DNA of 63,621 nt, filler included, from Platydemus manokwari (taxonomy: Eukaryota): the NCBI GenBank assembly GCA_037951405.1. It is 5 parts of 5 records of this genome, joined end to end, with 100 filler letters (N's around TTAATTAATTAA, not from the genome) between each part and the next. Parts side by side here need not be neighbours in the genome. Positions count along the whole stretch, not along the records: positions 1 to 20,467 come from JBBMOY011566966.1; positions 20,568 to 29,611 come from JBBMOY011307983.1; 3 more parts are not named here. The stretch is one strand, 5' to 3'. Shown piece after piece: positions 11,574-24,600 of this stretch. Every line of letters begins with the position of its first letter. Position 1 is the first letter of the stretch. A model generated the notes under the pieces. That model did no database searches and was not told the origin of the DNA. It worked only from the letters and a program-made list of their open reading frames with translations. The position numbers and the translations under genes were made by a program.

Positions 11574-12616
11574 GTTGTTTTTCATTAATAAATAATTATC
11601 ATTTGTTTACAAATATTTTATGTTTAACTTAAATTCGGCAAAATATTACATGGATCAATTTATTGACTTATTCGATTTATTGATCGTTTGAAATGTCATT
11701 GCAAAAGCCAAATTAAATATTAAGAAAAACGAAACAATTTATTTTAAATGCAACAAAACCAGTAAAAGGATTTGAAACAATCTAAAAATTACACCAATTA
11801 TATGTATGTGACCAAAATCTCGAAAGTTTTATTAAAGGTAAAATTTTAACTTTAATGAATATTTCCTATATTTCTCTTTTAATCTTTCAAAGATTCAAAT
11901 ATTGAAACTAAAACAGTCATGCTGTCAGTCAAACCAACATGAAAATTCGTCAATCACCAGTAGTAAGCTGATGAAATTCAACACGTTAAACAAAAATAAA
12001 TTTAGCAAAAATGTAATCACAAAAAAATTAAAAATTTATTAGAACTATTCATGATATTGACATACAGTTAAAGACGTAAAATTTACAATCTAATTAAATA
12101 CAATCATAAATTTCCTAACAATTTTTTTTATCTATTTTCCGATAGTTTAAATAAAATAAAAACATTTATTTACATTTTAAAAAAAAACATTAAAATTTTC
12201 TAAATTCACATATTGAAAGCAAGTAACAAATCGATCGATAATAAAATTAAACACCTACACCATATATATAACAAATTCTAAAACACATTGATAAAGTAAT
12301 AAAATGATAACATCGAAAACGCGATCCTCACCAGACGACGCTACAAGGTAAAGAAATGTACACAGATAAATTCGACGATTTCCTAATCTTGAACTACAAT
12401 TATACCTAATGGAAGTTAGATAATAATAATAATAATAATGATAATTATAATTTCATCACAATGAAAATTCGTCACAACGAGATCACAATATAACAGAGGC
12501 ATACACACAAACAAACGCGTGATAAATATTTATAAATGAATATGATGATATTTACTGCTGCCATTATTATTAAAAATACATTTCTGAGTAAAATTACAAA
12601 GGAGTTTCTCTCTTCT

Positions 12617-14506
12617 TCAGTTCGATGATATATTTTCGATACTGGAAAAATCATTAGCTGCAGTGATGTGGCGACTTTCTGTCACATTTAATACATTAAT
12701 GGTAGTGAGAGGAGCTGTTTCCGAAGTTTGGTTTGTTGTGTCGGGCTTTTTGGGAATTGTATTATGGGTATTAATTGCCTCCACACTATCGATTTTCGAT
12801 GAGTTGAATAATACTTGATGATCCTGTGAATCGGGTAAGCTCGTTTTGCATGAGCTCAAATCAACAACTTCATCGTCGAAAGTAGAACCACTTGTTGGTA
12901 AAGGAACTGGTTTGATTGTATTAATCTGCGGATATGAGAAATCAAACGGAATTCGCTTTGGAACACCCTTTTTTCGTTTACTGCGATTCGATGTTGATAA
13001 AGCAGAATTTTTGGATTCTTGTTTATCACTGTCTTTGTCGTCGGATGAATTTTTGTTCATTGACATCGTCATTTGTGGTGGCGTCAATGGTATACCTGGT
13101 TGATAATCGCTCTTAGACATATCGGATTGATCAGATGAGCTCGACGAATTGGGTTGGGATTTGGATTTGGAATAATTCTTGGGCGTTACAGCAGCTTCTC
13201 TTAATGCGTCATTCGATTGCGGTTTTGATTCCGGGTTTCCATCACAATATAATTCAGAACTATTATCAGTTAGTGACACGGATAAAGATTCTGTTGTTTT
13301 CTTCTTTGGTATCGACATATCTTCAATCTTTGATGAATTGCTATTATTATTATTATTATTGTTCTGATTTTTATTCTTAACATTTTGAGATGACTGTAAG
13401 TTTTCTCGTTCCTTTTTCTGTTTCATTTTAATTCTCTCTAATTTCACAAAACATGATTTAGTATTATCGTCATGATCTTCAACCTTACCGCTTTCAGAAG
13501 AAGTTGAAACAACTTTTAAACTCGAATGTGGCGACAATTTCAATTCCGAAGATTGAACTGGAATTTCAGGAGTAGAATTTTGATTATTGGTAAAAATTCC
13601 TTTTATATTTAGACCAGTTAAAATAAGTTCGATTTCCGTATTGTTATTTGAGGAACAAGATTCGGTACATTTCTCAATTTCATCATTGGATGGTTCAGAA
13701 ATATCTTTCCTGCTTCTCGTTCTTGGTCTATTACTCGAAACCTTCATTACATTACTTACCGGTACCCATTCATCTTCGGCTGCGCTGATTTCGCTAACAG
13801 GCTTTAATTCATGTTTCTTCACTGGTATTTTTCGTTTTGTTTTCTTTGTGGGTTTTCTAGCGATTTTTGAACTCAATTTAGGTGTTTTTTGTTTCGGTTT
13901 GGAAATTTTTTCTTTCAACAAATCAGGCGGCCTTTCAGAATTCTTTAACAAATTCACGAAATCACCAAAGTTTATTTCGCTACCCAAATTAGATTGATCA
14001 TCAACATTTTCCTTAACAGAACTTACTGTTTTTTCTTCGATATCCTTTTCCTCACTGTCTTTCTCAATAATTTTCGATGAACTTTCAATGCCTGTAATAA
14101 CATCATTTTTCGGTGTTTGTTGAAATTCATCAACAACTATCATGAGTTGTGGTGAACTATCAGATGCATCTGATGCTATTGTGGTTATTTCTTTGCTTGG
14201 TTCAATCGAATCATTGGGGGTCGATTTAGTTGTTATTACATCAACCGGCTCAATGACCTGATCATTCTTTAATAGTTTTCTAGGCATTGACGACTTTCGT
14301 GGCCCATGGGCCATAAGTTCTATTAAAGGTCTTATTGGTGATTTTGTACCAGAATTTTCACATAGAGGACTTGCTCCTCTACTTGACGAAGTGGATCCAG
14401 AGGCACTAGATGGTGTTGAACTCAAAGGTAAATTCCGATTTCTTTCATAAGCAAATTCAACTAGTTTATTCAATAGTTTTTCCAAAGATTTTATTTTCAT
14501 TGATAC
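12617..14506 (-). CDS. ASH1L: Probable terminal exon of ASH1L: conserved-type C-terminal helix followed by a ~600 aa low-complexity tail
   Basis: Acceptor TTTTAG ending at 14507 is phase 0, matching the phase-0 donor AAG|GTGAGA at 15752. KIKSLEKLLNKLVE resembles the ASH1L C-terminal RLNQILLNLLE helix; the rest is S/K/N/E-rich with basic clusters. Confidence 0.7.
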   Translation of the reverse strand, partial: VSMKIKSLEKLLNKLVEFAYERNRNLPLSSTPSSASGSTSSSRGASPLCENSGTKSPIRPLIELMAHGPRKSSMPRKLLKNDQVIEPVDVITTKSTPNDSIEPSKEITTIASDASDSSPQLMIVVDEFQQTPKNDVITGIESSSKIIEKDSEEKDIEEKTVSSVKENVDDQSNLGSEINFGDFVNLLKNSERPPDLLKEKISKPKQKTPKLSSKIARKPTKKTKRKIPVKKHELKPVSEISAAEDEWVPVSNVMKVSSNRPRTRSRKDISEPSNDEIEKCTESCSSNNNTEIELILTGLNIKGIFTNNQNSTPEIPVQSSELKLSPHSSLKVVSTSSESGKVEDHDDNTKSCFVKLERIKMKQKKERENLQSSQNVKNKNQNNNNNNNSNSSKIEDMSIPKKKTTESLSVSLTDNSSELYCDGNPESKPQSNDALREAAVTPKNYSKSKSQPNSSSSSDQSDMSKSDYQPGIPLTPPQMTMSMNKNSSDDKDSDKQESKNSALSTSNRSKRKKGVPKRIPFDFSYPQINTIKPVPLPTSGSTFDDEVVDLSSCKTSLPDSQDHQVLFNSSKIDSVEAINTHNTIPKKPDTTNQTSETAPLTTINVLNVTESRHITAANDFSSIENISSN

Positions 14507-14589
14507 CTAAAAATCCGAAAATTTTTTAATAATTTCTAATAACAACATGATAAATTATTATTATTATTATTATTTAAAGATTTTCTCCA

Positions 14590-15630
14590 TTGTTCTAAAT
14601 TGGATAACCATGTATCAAAGTGAATGATTTTACTCGAAACTTACAAAACTCGGTTGTTTGTCCATAATGATTAATCGCCAGATCTAAGAGTCAATACAAT
14701 CACTCCACGAGTACAATTATATTGATTTTAAACGAGAGAAATTTCATTATTAATTCTCCTATATTAAAATAAATATCTTATAAATTCATCTGAATTTCAC
14801 TCCAGAAATAATTTTCAATTTCATTAACGAATTGACATTCCACTCAGAATTGATTTCTCAGTATAATGGGAAAATATTAATGCGATATTTAAATGATGGA
14901 AGAAATAACAGAAAACTTGTTTACAAATGAAGAAATTAAAATATATGAAAAACAATTCAAATCCAATTAAGGGAGATGATATTCGATATTTATTCTTTAT
15001 CCAATCATCAAAAAACTAACATGTTTAATAACTAAACATAAGAATACTGTAGACTGTGTATGGGAAAAAGACGGCCTGTGATAGAAACTCGACGAAAATG
15101 AAAAAAATCAATCTTATTTTTTCTTCCACTGTTTTCAAAACGATATTTTTATTTATTAGAATTCCATTTTTGAACAAATAAGAAAATATTTTCTGTTCGT
15201 TATTTATTTTTTTTAATAAAATAATTCTAACAACAATCAAATATCCCAATAATTTCTAAAATTTTTATTCATAAAAATTTCCATTTTTAATCCATATTTA
15301 GCTAAAAAAAATTAAAAAAAAAACCGTTCCCACTGACAAGAAATGATATCCAAGAATGTATTTTTCGAATATTTTGTTGTAGAATTCACAACATTCTAAT
15401 ATCAAGGGAACTCGTAATAATTTTGAATATCATTTGTATCTTGACTGTTTCCGAGAATAATAAAAAAATATTCAAATATAATGATAATTTGTGAGACTTG
15501 AGATGAAATTCAACACAGTTCTGTTTATGAAGACATCTGCCTCCCGATGACAAATTTAACAAATAAAATGTAAATTCAAACATCTGTTGTGAATCTGTGT
15601 GATAAATAAATGTAAATCTATTTGGGAAAT
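14590..15630 (-). pseudogene. Decayed pre-SET/SET-like relic inside the ASH1L intron
   Basis: Colinear fragments RVPLILECCEF (15414-15382), WNVNSL (~14842), a 42-nt GT-AG remnant (14800-14759), GELI..Y*LLDL..HYGQTTEF, NHS (14629-14621), NLEQW; several stops and frameshifts. Confidence 0.45.
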
Positions 15631-15752
15631 AAAATCTCTACATTTTGGATTGGAATTCGATTATATAAATAGTAATAATAATTATCATTATAAATATAAT
15701 TAAAATATAATTAAACCATTTAAAAATTTAATAAAAATTTCATAAATCTCAC

Positions 15753-18700
15753 CTTTTCTGTATTTGATAATTTCTTGTTCAATACATTGATTCTGCTGAG
15801 ATTTGCTTCGACAGAGGGTTGAAAACCCTCATCGATATTTAACAGATCTTCCGATAAATATTGTCGAGAAAACCGTTCATGGCTTATCGTATTATCATTG
15901 GAATTGTCTTGAAATCTTTCGAAACAATACGATTTCGTATTGACTTTCAAATAACCGGGATCGATTTCACTCCATTCTCCTTGTTGATTGATCATCCAAT
16001 CACACACAAATACGTCCAGATTGGTGTTTTGTGAATTGTTTTGCAACAATGGTCGTCCCATTCTAAACGTATAACTGTTCAACACAAAACATCGTCCCAA
16101 ACAACAATCCAGTGGCAGTATTTTCGTGAAATCCGTGTACACCACTTCAGATTGATGCCATTTGTGTGTATTTAAATCAATGGGAGATAGGGATGATTTT
16201 CGTTTGTTCGATCCGACCACTTTGGCCGCTTCTTTATCCACCAATGATTTCAATTGATTGTCATACGGTCTCAGAAACAATCCGCCCTCCATCCATCGTT
16301 GACCATCAGAATCTTTCCATAAACTATAAATTCTCATGATTGTTCGTCGTGACAAATCAGATGGTGATAATGATGAATGTGTGGGTGAACCTTTGGGATT
16401 TTTCGATTTCCCAGTTGGCTGTTTCGAATCACTACTGGCTATATAAACGAAATCATCGATTTTGAATAGATTATCCGATTTCAAGAGCGTCCAAAACAAG
16501 GTGTTGTTGGATCCAATGGTTTCATCTGAAATCACGAAATGGCGAGGAATTTCTCGGATGAGAGATTCGGTGACAATGTTGAGACAAATATGACAGTAAT
16601 ATGGTTCCATTCGAGTGACATCGGCCAATTCGGAAGATCGAGCAACATTCATACAATAAGCATGCTGCCAAACGAAACAACGATCACATTGCACCATAAC
16701 GTGACCAGCTTCAATGAGAAAGCCACAAATACATTTAATCACTTCAGCACCACGTTCCAATCGACCTCGAGCACCAACCGTGCATCCCGGAAGTGCTTGT
16801 TTACGTTTTTTAGTCTTTTGAACACCTGTTGTCGAATCGGTTAAATCGATTTCATTCGATTGCGAATGAGACTTGATGGCAGCGAGAGCATTGGTAATCA
16901 ATTGTAAGTTGTTGGATATCAATTTCTGTTTGTCCTTTTCATCGAAAACCTCATCGGTCAATGCTTCATACAGTGCAATGGAATTCATTTTCAATTCTTT
17001 ATAAATCGGTTTGATGCGTTCAGCACACTGACCGATATTGCTCTGTTTGCCGGCATAAAATTCCACATTGTGAAGCATCTGGAGAATGTCCTGATCGAAT
17101 GCCATCATTGTCATATAACCACCATCTAACAGTCGAGTATAGACCTGATTCAAACTCGCTATGCTCTCATTGCCTATCATTCGATAGAATTCGGGATATT
17201 TCTTGCGATTTAAACAATTGATGAACGGCGCTACCAATTGTTGGGTGGGATTGAGTGGATCTTTTTGTTCCAAGAGCGTATTGTATAGATCTTTGAGAAC
17301 TTGACCGAGTTGGGCAGTACGTGTTAGGCTTTCATTGTCCTGTGCGTTTTGCAGCAATCGGGTTTTGATCGAACGGATCGAATTCAGTGCCGACATTTGG
17401 GTTAAAAATTGATTCTTTTTCGCTTTGCGGCGTTTGATTTCACTGATTGTCGATGGCAAACGATTGCCGTGCGATATTTGTGGTTTGCGAATACCCAATC
17501 TCTGGGATCGACCTAATTCACGATTCCGGAGAAGAAATATCGAATTTCGCAAAATAAACGTCTTTTCTCGACCGGATAATAAACGACCGAAAATGTAGAG
17601 CAATTTCTTTCGGTCTTTCTGACTTTCGGTTTGCTCGGCACGTGGTTTACTGCCGATGAAACCGCGACAAGATGCCGATCGACAGAGACAAATCTGTGTA
17701 TTTTTATTGTTGAACGAACAGAAATTGTAATCGTAATACAGTTCCGTGTCGGCTGGAATGTCTTCGATTGCAAATAAACACATTCGATACGCTCCATTGA
17801 CCATCCATTTTTGCATTTCACAATTCGGTTGACAACTGTGATTGACGAATCGAGCAATCGATCCGCTCCGATACGCATCGATCAACATGTCACCGTCCAA
17901 ATGAAGACAATAATGATGGGAATCATCGCGATAAATGTTCATCATCCGATCTTGAAATGTTCGCTCATTGATCACTTCGCCAACATATTCAATGACAAAT
18001 GTTCCCTCTCGAATCGGTTTGGTGGTTATCACACCTTTTCCTTTGCCCGGGAAATCCTTCACCTTAAGCCCAGGTGCCCATTCACCTTTGCGGATCTTTT
18101 GATTCCCACACCCATCACCGCATTGACAATGTTTGGCTTGACATTCCGTATATGTCAGTCGATTCAAACAATTATCCCCGCAATCCCACACGATTCCGAT
18201 TCGTTTTTTGCCCGATTTGCCTTTGCCGATTGGTTTATTTATTTCCGGTTTGTCAAACAGGCTTCGCATCTTGCTCGGTTTACAACCGCATCTCTCAACA
18301 TCCTCGAACCAATAGAGTGGTTTCGGATCGATATACGTATTGGTTCGGATTTTTCGATATTTAATATTCTCCTGAGTTCCGCTATCGTTGGAAATGATCG
18401 TTTCGTTTGGCGATGGAGGGTTGTCATCGGTGGAAAGATTTTCCCTGATCTTTTTCGATAATTTGTGCTTGTCATTATCACTATTATCTGGTTCTTTTGG
18501 TTTGATTTCATTGAGAATTTTGTCGACATCAATGGAAACACTGGGTGAAACTGATCGTTTGACTTTGTTTTTAGGAGGTCCGATTTCAACGGTTTTCGAT
18601 TTTCGTGGTCTTTTAAATATTTTACCGATTGAAGCTTCCGATGATGTGTCATTGGAATCGGCTCGACTGGAACCAGGTTTCTTGACGGGGACATTTTGTT

Positions 18701-19163
18701 TGGAATCGAACGAATTGTCTTGAGATTGAGAACTGTTGCTATTGTTTAACGACATTGCTACCATATTAGCGAATCCTCTTGCAGCTGCTTCACGTTTCGA
18801 TCGTTTCAGTGAATCAGGCTTGCTGCTACTGTTGCTGCTGCTGGTGGTAGTTGTGGTTTCGGATTTGTGAACATTATTATCTGTTTCTTGGAACTGTTTC
18901 AATGTCATTGAATTGTCACATTCCATTGGCACGGGTGAAATATTAATATCTTCTTTTGTCGATTTGGTTGCCATTGTGGGTTTCTTTTCTGATGTGGATT
19001 TTACAGATGAGACGGTTTTCTTTTTGCGTTTCGATCGTGATCTTTGAGCTGATAATCTCGGTACTAATCTATTGTCGTCCAATTGAAACTCGTGATCATC
19101 TGAAGAGAGATTATATTGATAATTATTATCGAAATTTATTACTATTATTTTTGCTTTAACCAA
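15753..19163 (-). CDS. ASH1L: Histone H3K36 methyltransferase ASH1L (AWS-SET-postSET-bromo-PHD-BAH), main exon; true start uncertain (first in-frame ATG at 18974)
   Basis: AWS CGDNCLNRLTYTEC; SET EYVGEVI..GSIARFVNHSCQPNCEMQKW..ELYYDYNF; post-SET CLCRSASCRGFIG; ASH1-type FLLRN; bromodomain; PHD IKCICG..MVQCDRCFVWQHAYCM; BAH LWKDSDGQRWMEGGLFLRPY. Confidence 0.95.
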
Positions 19164-19886
19164 TGATAAATATTTTATTATGTTCTTTATATAAATATTA
19201 AGAAAATAATTTAGATAATTTTAATCAGAATAACTATTTTCTGGATAAAAAAAATGAACTTTTTGGAATTTTAATAATTATAAATAAATAAATAAATAAT
19301 AAAATATATTTTAATAATATATAATTTTAGAATTCATTCTCATTATTTCTCCATTGATCAGAAGTTCCTATTTAACTGTATAGCCACCATACAACATAGA
19401 GGAGTGATTTGACAAAAATATAATTATTTTCGATTGAAATTTAATTAATTAGTTTTATTTATACTCAGACTTCAGTAAAGTAAACAAGTACAAATATTTT
19501 GATTGAAGTAAACAGGCTACTATAGCTTTTGAAACAGAAGAAACACCATCTAAATATATAGTTTTCACATAATTTTTGCTAGAAATCATTCACATTTAAG
19601 ATTCGTTTATTAATTTCTGAAAGTGAGATAGATAAAATAAAATCGAAAATTATTCCATTTCTAATAAAAAAATGGCAAAAATAAGTTATTGATCCTTATT
19701 ATTATAATAATAAATTAATGAATATATTAATAATCTAATATTATTCGACTTCCATCGACACAATGTGCTGATTAAAAGGTGATTATTATATCTACATTCA
19801 AATATGATTATAATGTCATCAATTTATTGATATATTCCCATTATTTAGATTTATATATTCAAATTGACAAAGAGATAGTTAATAAT

Positions 19887-20401
19887 TCCATCAATCTATT
19901 GTAATAATCATTTCATCTCCAGAAACACAGCTAACCTGTCCCCCCTCATAATACCAATAAATACATTTGGTTAATATTTGACTTATTTTTTATTAATTTT
20001 GGGGTGAAGATTTTTCAATTGATTAATATAGGGGGTGGAGATTTTTCAATTGATCCTATAATTTTTATGCATTAATAAACCTTGAGATTCCCCGTTAATA
20101 ATGTATCAGAAATGTTTATCGTTAACATTTGATTCAATTCATTTTGATATTTGAACAATAAAAATTGGATATTAATTTATTATTAAATATAATTGATATA
20201 TAATGTTGACATGACTCATTGATTTATTGATCTGATCAAGATCAAATCATCCCAGCATCAATAATGCAATGCAGACACACATATATATTATTTTCTAGAT
20301 CATTAAATGATAAATAATGTTATAAGATGGATTACTCCATCAATCTATTGTAATAATCATTTTATCTCCAGAAACACAGCTAATCTCTCCCCCCTCATAA
20401 T
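19887..20401. repeat. ~65-bp direct repeat (19887-19951 and 20336-20401)
   Basis: TCCATCAATCTATTGTAATAATCATTT(C/T)ATCTCCAGAAACACAGCTAA(C/T)CT(G/C)TCCCCCCTCATAAT occurs twice with 3 mismatches. Confidence 0.85.
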
Positions 20402-20467
20402 CATTTCATTATCCTCATAAAAATGTACATTTTCTGAATCTACATCTTTTCTATTTTAATCAATTTA

Positions 20468-20567
20468 NNNNNNNNNNNNNNNNNNNNNNNNNNNNNNNNN
20501 NNNNNNNNNNNTTAATTAATTAANNNNNNNNNNNNNNNNNNNNNNNNNNNNNNNNNNNNNNNNNNNN
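20468..20567. other. Artificial contig spacer (44N-TTAATTAATTAA-44N)
   Basis: Exactly 100 nt with a six-frame stop linker; identical at four positions. Confidence 0.97.
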
Positions 20568-20637
<70 letters not shown>

Positions 20638-20651
20638 TATTATTATTATAA
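20568..20651. repeat. (TAA)n/(TTA)n microsatellite at contig end
   Basis: Long run of TAA that switches to TAT/TTA. Confidence 0.95.
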
Positions 20652-20699
20652 TGATTTTAATCGTATTTATTAGACATTAAATTAGATATCTTACATCTA

Positions 20700-23600
20700 A
20701 TGCACCCATGATTGAATACAAATTTTTATTTTCTCATTTGTGAAGAATGTATCGGAATGGAGATGAAAATGATATTAAACATTGTGTGTTCGACTCTACA
20801 AATGAATGAATTTAGTTTCCAACTGATATTTATATGTAAATATAGAATCATTTCATCATGAAGCCATACCTCGAGAATTGCAAGATATTATTTAGATTCA
20901 CTAACCAATGATGTAATCGATCTTGAATGCTTAAATTGATATTAAACGGTATTCGATATTTATCCAAGTAATGGTAGGTTCATCTTATCATTCAATAATT
21001 GGTATCGAAAACTGAGATACTTTGTCGATATTAGGTCCCTGATTAATAGAAAACACTGCTTTATAATTTCCGCTATCACCTATCAGCATGAATAATCGTT
21101 AATTATGTCTGGAATGACATCTTTGATGATACAACAAAAGAAATGAGAAATCCACCATTTATTATTTTGTCAAAGAATTTGGCTTGAGAAGATTAATAAA
21201 TTTAATTAAGATTCTTTAGATTGATGATGTTCCTGATTCAGTAACATTTGTCTTATTAGATATGGATAAAACCGTGATAGGAATAACTGGAACAACTCAA
21301 CAAAACAATAACTTGCAACATGGGTCCATTAATGCCATCACAGTTAGGATTTTTAAAATTTTTATAAATCTATTTTTATCGTTTCAAATAAAATAATTGA
21401 TTGAAAATAAATTCATAAACTTTGTTTAAATATTTTGATTTAATATACTTTGTTAGTTGAATTTCTTAAATGGTTTTTCAAATTATATTAAACTAAATAG
21501 TAGCAATTAAAATGGCCACAATTATTTTTATTCGATTCTGAGAATATCAATGCTCGAGAAGTATAGAAGTTATGGAGAAGATAGAATACAAAGAAAAGAT
21601 GGAAGATAGGGAGAAATAGAGGAACGGAAGATAAAGAGAATATATTTATAGAAAACATATATAGATAAAGAGAATTTAATATAAAAAACACAGAGAATAA
21701 ATAGATAATTCATTAAAATGTGGTGTGAAGGAAATCTAAAATTTTAAAGAAATGAGCATGCGTGGATTTTAAGTTTCTTCAATCTTATTTCGACTCTTTC
21801 TGATTAACAACGACCAAGCTAGGTATTTATCAGTGAATCTAGGATTATTCACAGCTTATATTTAGGTTTTATTCCACTTTTATTAGTTTATATTAAAAGC
21901 AATTTATTGGAACTGTTGTTGAGACAATGTCAACCTTAATTGACGGTGCTTACAAATTAGAGAATAAAAATAGAAATTACAGCCCTAAATTACAAATAGC
22001 GAATGAAAATTTTAGAGTTTGTGCATTGACAATTATTTGACTTCGTATTGTTTTTAGATTTAGAGTTCTTTGCTGTGTTGATATTTTATTAAATAATTAT
22101 TGAAGACACCAACGTTTTGACAAAAACATTTTCATGTCAGACTGATTGACGAATTTTGTTTAAAATGAAAATGTAAAATGTTGACTATTCGAATTTTTTT
22201 TAATTTTTTATAAAGTAAAAATTCCTTACAAAAAGCACTAATAATAAATATCCTGATATTGGTTTATCTTTCGGTTTTCAAGATCATAAGTCCTTTACTA
22301 TCATAATAATCACAATGCCATTACACCAATTCTCGTGAATTTCAGCATTATTAAGTGGTTTCCAATGGAATTTTGAGAAATAATATTAACATCTTGTTAT
22401 AGCTTGATTCAGGAAATTACCTGACCAAGTTTACTTAGTGAATAACAATAGTATGACTGAATTATTGTCTCAATACTGTCTCAACTGTCACTCTCTCAAA
22501 CCAGACCTATTGATAGAAAGAAAATTAGAGATAGACTAAAAAATTAGTGAAGAAATTTGTTAATAAAGACAATTTTGGTGTCTAATCAATTTATAGACAA
22601 ATTTTATACAATATTATTATGTTTCATCAAGATTATCAAAATATCTTCAGAATAACACCAATACAGTGACACTTGACTGCGATGAATATTACATTGGTCT
22701 TTCATTTACATCGAAATCTGGCTAAATCGAGTCACTGGTTTTGAAGTTGCTTAAAGGCTTTGTTTATTGATTATATCACAACAGAAAATAAAACATATGC
22801 TTTTCTGAAGGAATTTCTAAAATGAAATCAAAAGGCATTCACATTATTTGTCAATATAGCCAAGTGAGTGGCATATCCTAGTGATCAAATCCATCTGTCA
22901 GGGGATTATTAAATTGCTTATTCGAGATTCTCTTCGATTCCTTATGATTAGAAATGATTGTCAAAGTCACGTACTGATGTTATAATCTCCAGTATGATGA
23001 AATGTCCAATATTTAGAACATTTATATTCGCGAATACCTGAAATTCTGATAAAAATAATATTTTTAGACAGGATTCAGTTGTGATCAACAAAATGGCTTA
23101 TTTGAAATAAGAATTACAACAATTCGAAAAATTGGATTTTCTTTCACAATTTTTGAGAAAATATAAAGAAATGGCATTTTTATTCTTCCTTTGAAATATG
23201 ATAGTGATTAATAAAACAAAAACACGCTACATTTAAACACAATTTTGTAGAAAATCATACACTAAACAAGCTACAATAGTTTTAACAATTGGCTTTCATT
23301 TTCATCACAAACAACTAATGGAGAAATCATTAATATCATCAAATTGACATCATTCATTGAGTTTATAATGATAAGAGCTTGCTTGTGCAATCTTAAGAAA
23401 TCTGAGTCATATTTTAGAATGTTATGTTATTTTAATCAATTTATATTTAAATGACCATGAATGGACGATTTAATAAGTTTTTATAAATTGGTTAATAATG
23501 TTGTTGTGGTTTGAAGTTGCCAGATTAGTTTTCAATTCATATTTTATAAAATAGTATAAACTAACCCTGCGTTCACTTATCTCGATTTATCCAAACATAC

Positions 23601-24600
23601 TTTTAAATTTCTCGATCTTTTGCAAATTGTTCTTCTCTAATTATACTATGTTTAACAAATTATTATTTTTATTCAAACTTAATTAATTTAGTATTCGTAT
23701 CAATTCTAACATAAGTACATCAGATGTATTGTTTTCATTCCCTCGATAATGAGATGTTGCTTATTGACAAGTGAAACATTAATAAATAAGCGATTGTTTT
23801 TCCCAGTTCAGGGATTAATAATGTTGAAGTTGAAAGCCTGTCCTTCTATATTCATTGCATTATTACAATATTTATGGTTGGTTGCATCGTAATTTTGAAA
23901 TTATTTTTGAGTACGGATTAGAATATCGGATTAAGTCAAACATTTCTAAAACTAGAAACATTTATAGACTAGATAATTGGAGTTTTGATTTAAATAAAGT
24001 TATGACAGGCCCCCCTGTATGGTTTGTGGGAATATTTTAAGATATCACTGTGAGAAAAAATTAAATTTAAATAAATTTAAATGGAGTAAATTAAATAATT
24101 TTAAAAATAAATAATATAAAAATTTGATAATTTTTTGAATGTTTAAAAAATTGAGTTAAAATGGGTTATTTAAAGATTTTAAATGGAATATATTTTGAAT
24201 AATTTAAATATTCTTATTCACATATTTATATTCACATATTATAATATTTATATTCCCTGAATTTCGATTGGTGATAATTGAGACACTTTGAAACACTTTA
24301 ATTTATTTAAAAATATGTTTTTAATGATAAATATTTCGAAAAACTTCTAAATGACTAATTATAATTATATAATGACAATTTAAATGAGGTAACCACCACT
24401 GACAATCATTACAAAAATATATGAGAATAAAAGCGATTGTTTTACAAATAATCAATAAATATTCTCAAAATATCGTATTGGTATTCTGAATTGACATCAT
24501 AAATCTCTCTTGGAAATATTTTAAAAGTATCGAGTAATTTGTTTTTGGAAATATATTCGATGAAACGCCTTGATAACCGAAAGACATAATTGTAATAATT
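20700..24600 (+). pseudogene. Heavily decayed NPC1/NPC1L1-like (sterol transporter) pseudogene
   Basis: CEECIGMEMKMILNIVCSTLQ (from 20739) keeps the C-x2-C-x12-CS-x2-Q spacing of the NPC1 N-terminal domain (CPSC..CSPRQ); downstream YGLE..TGPPVWFV (GPPVWFV at 24008-24028) matches NPC1 GLDQ..GPPVYFV. No long ORF remains. Confidence 0.5.

Noticed and set aside
12846-19159. Many antisense or alternative-frame ORFs of 60-216 aa over ASH1L (also over other genes)
   Set aside because: Shadows of stop-poor coding sequence with no independent motifs.
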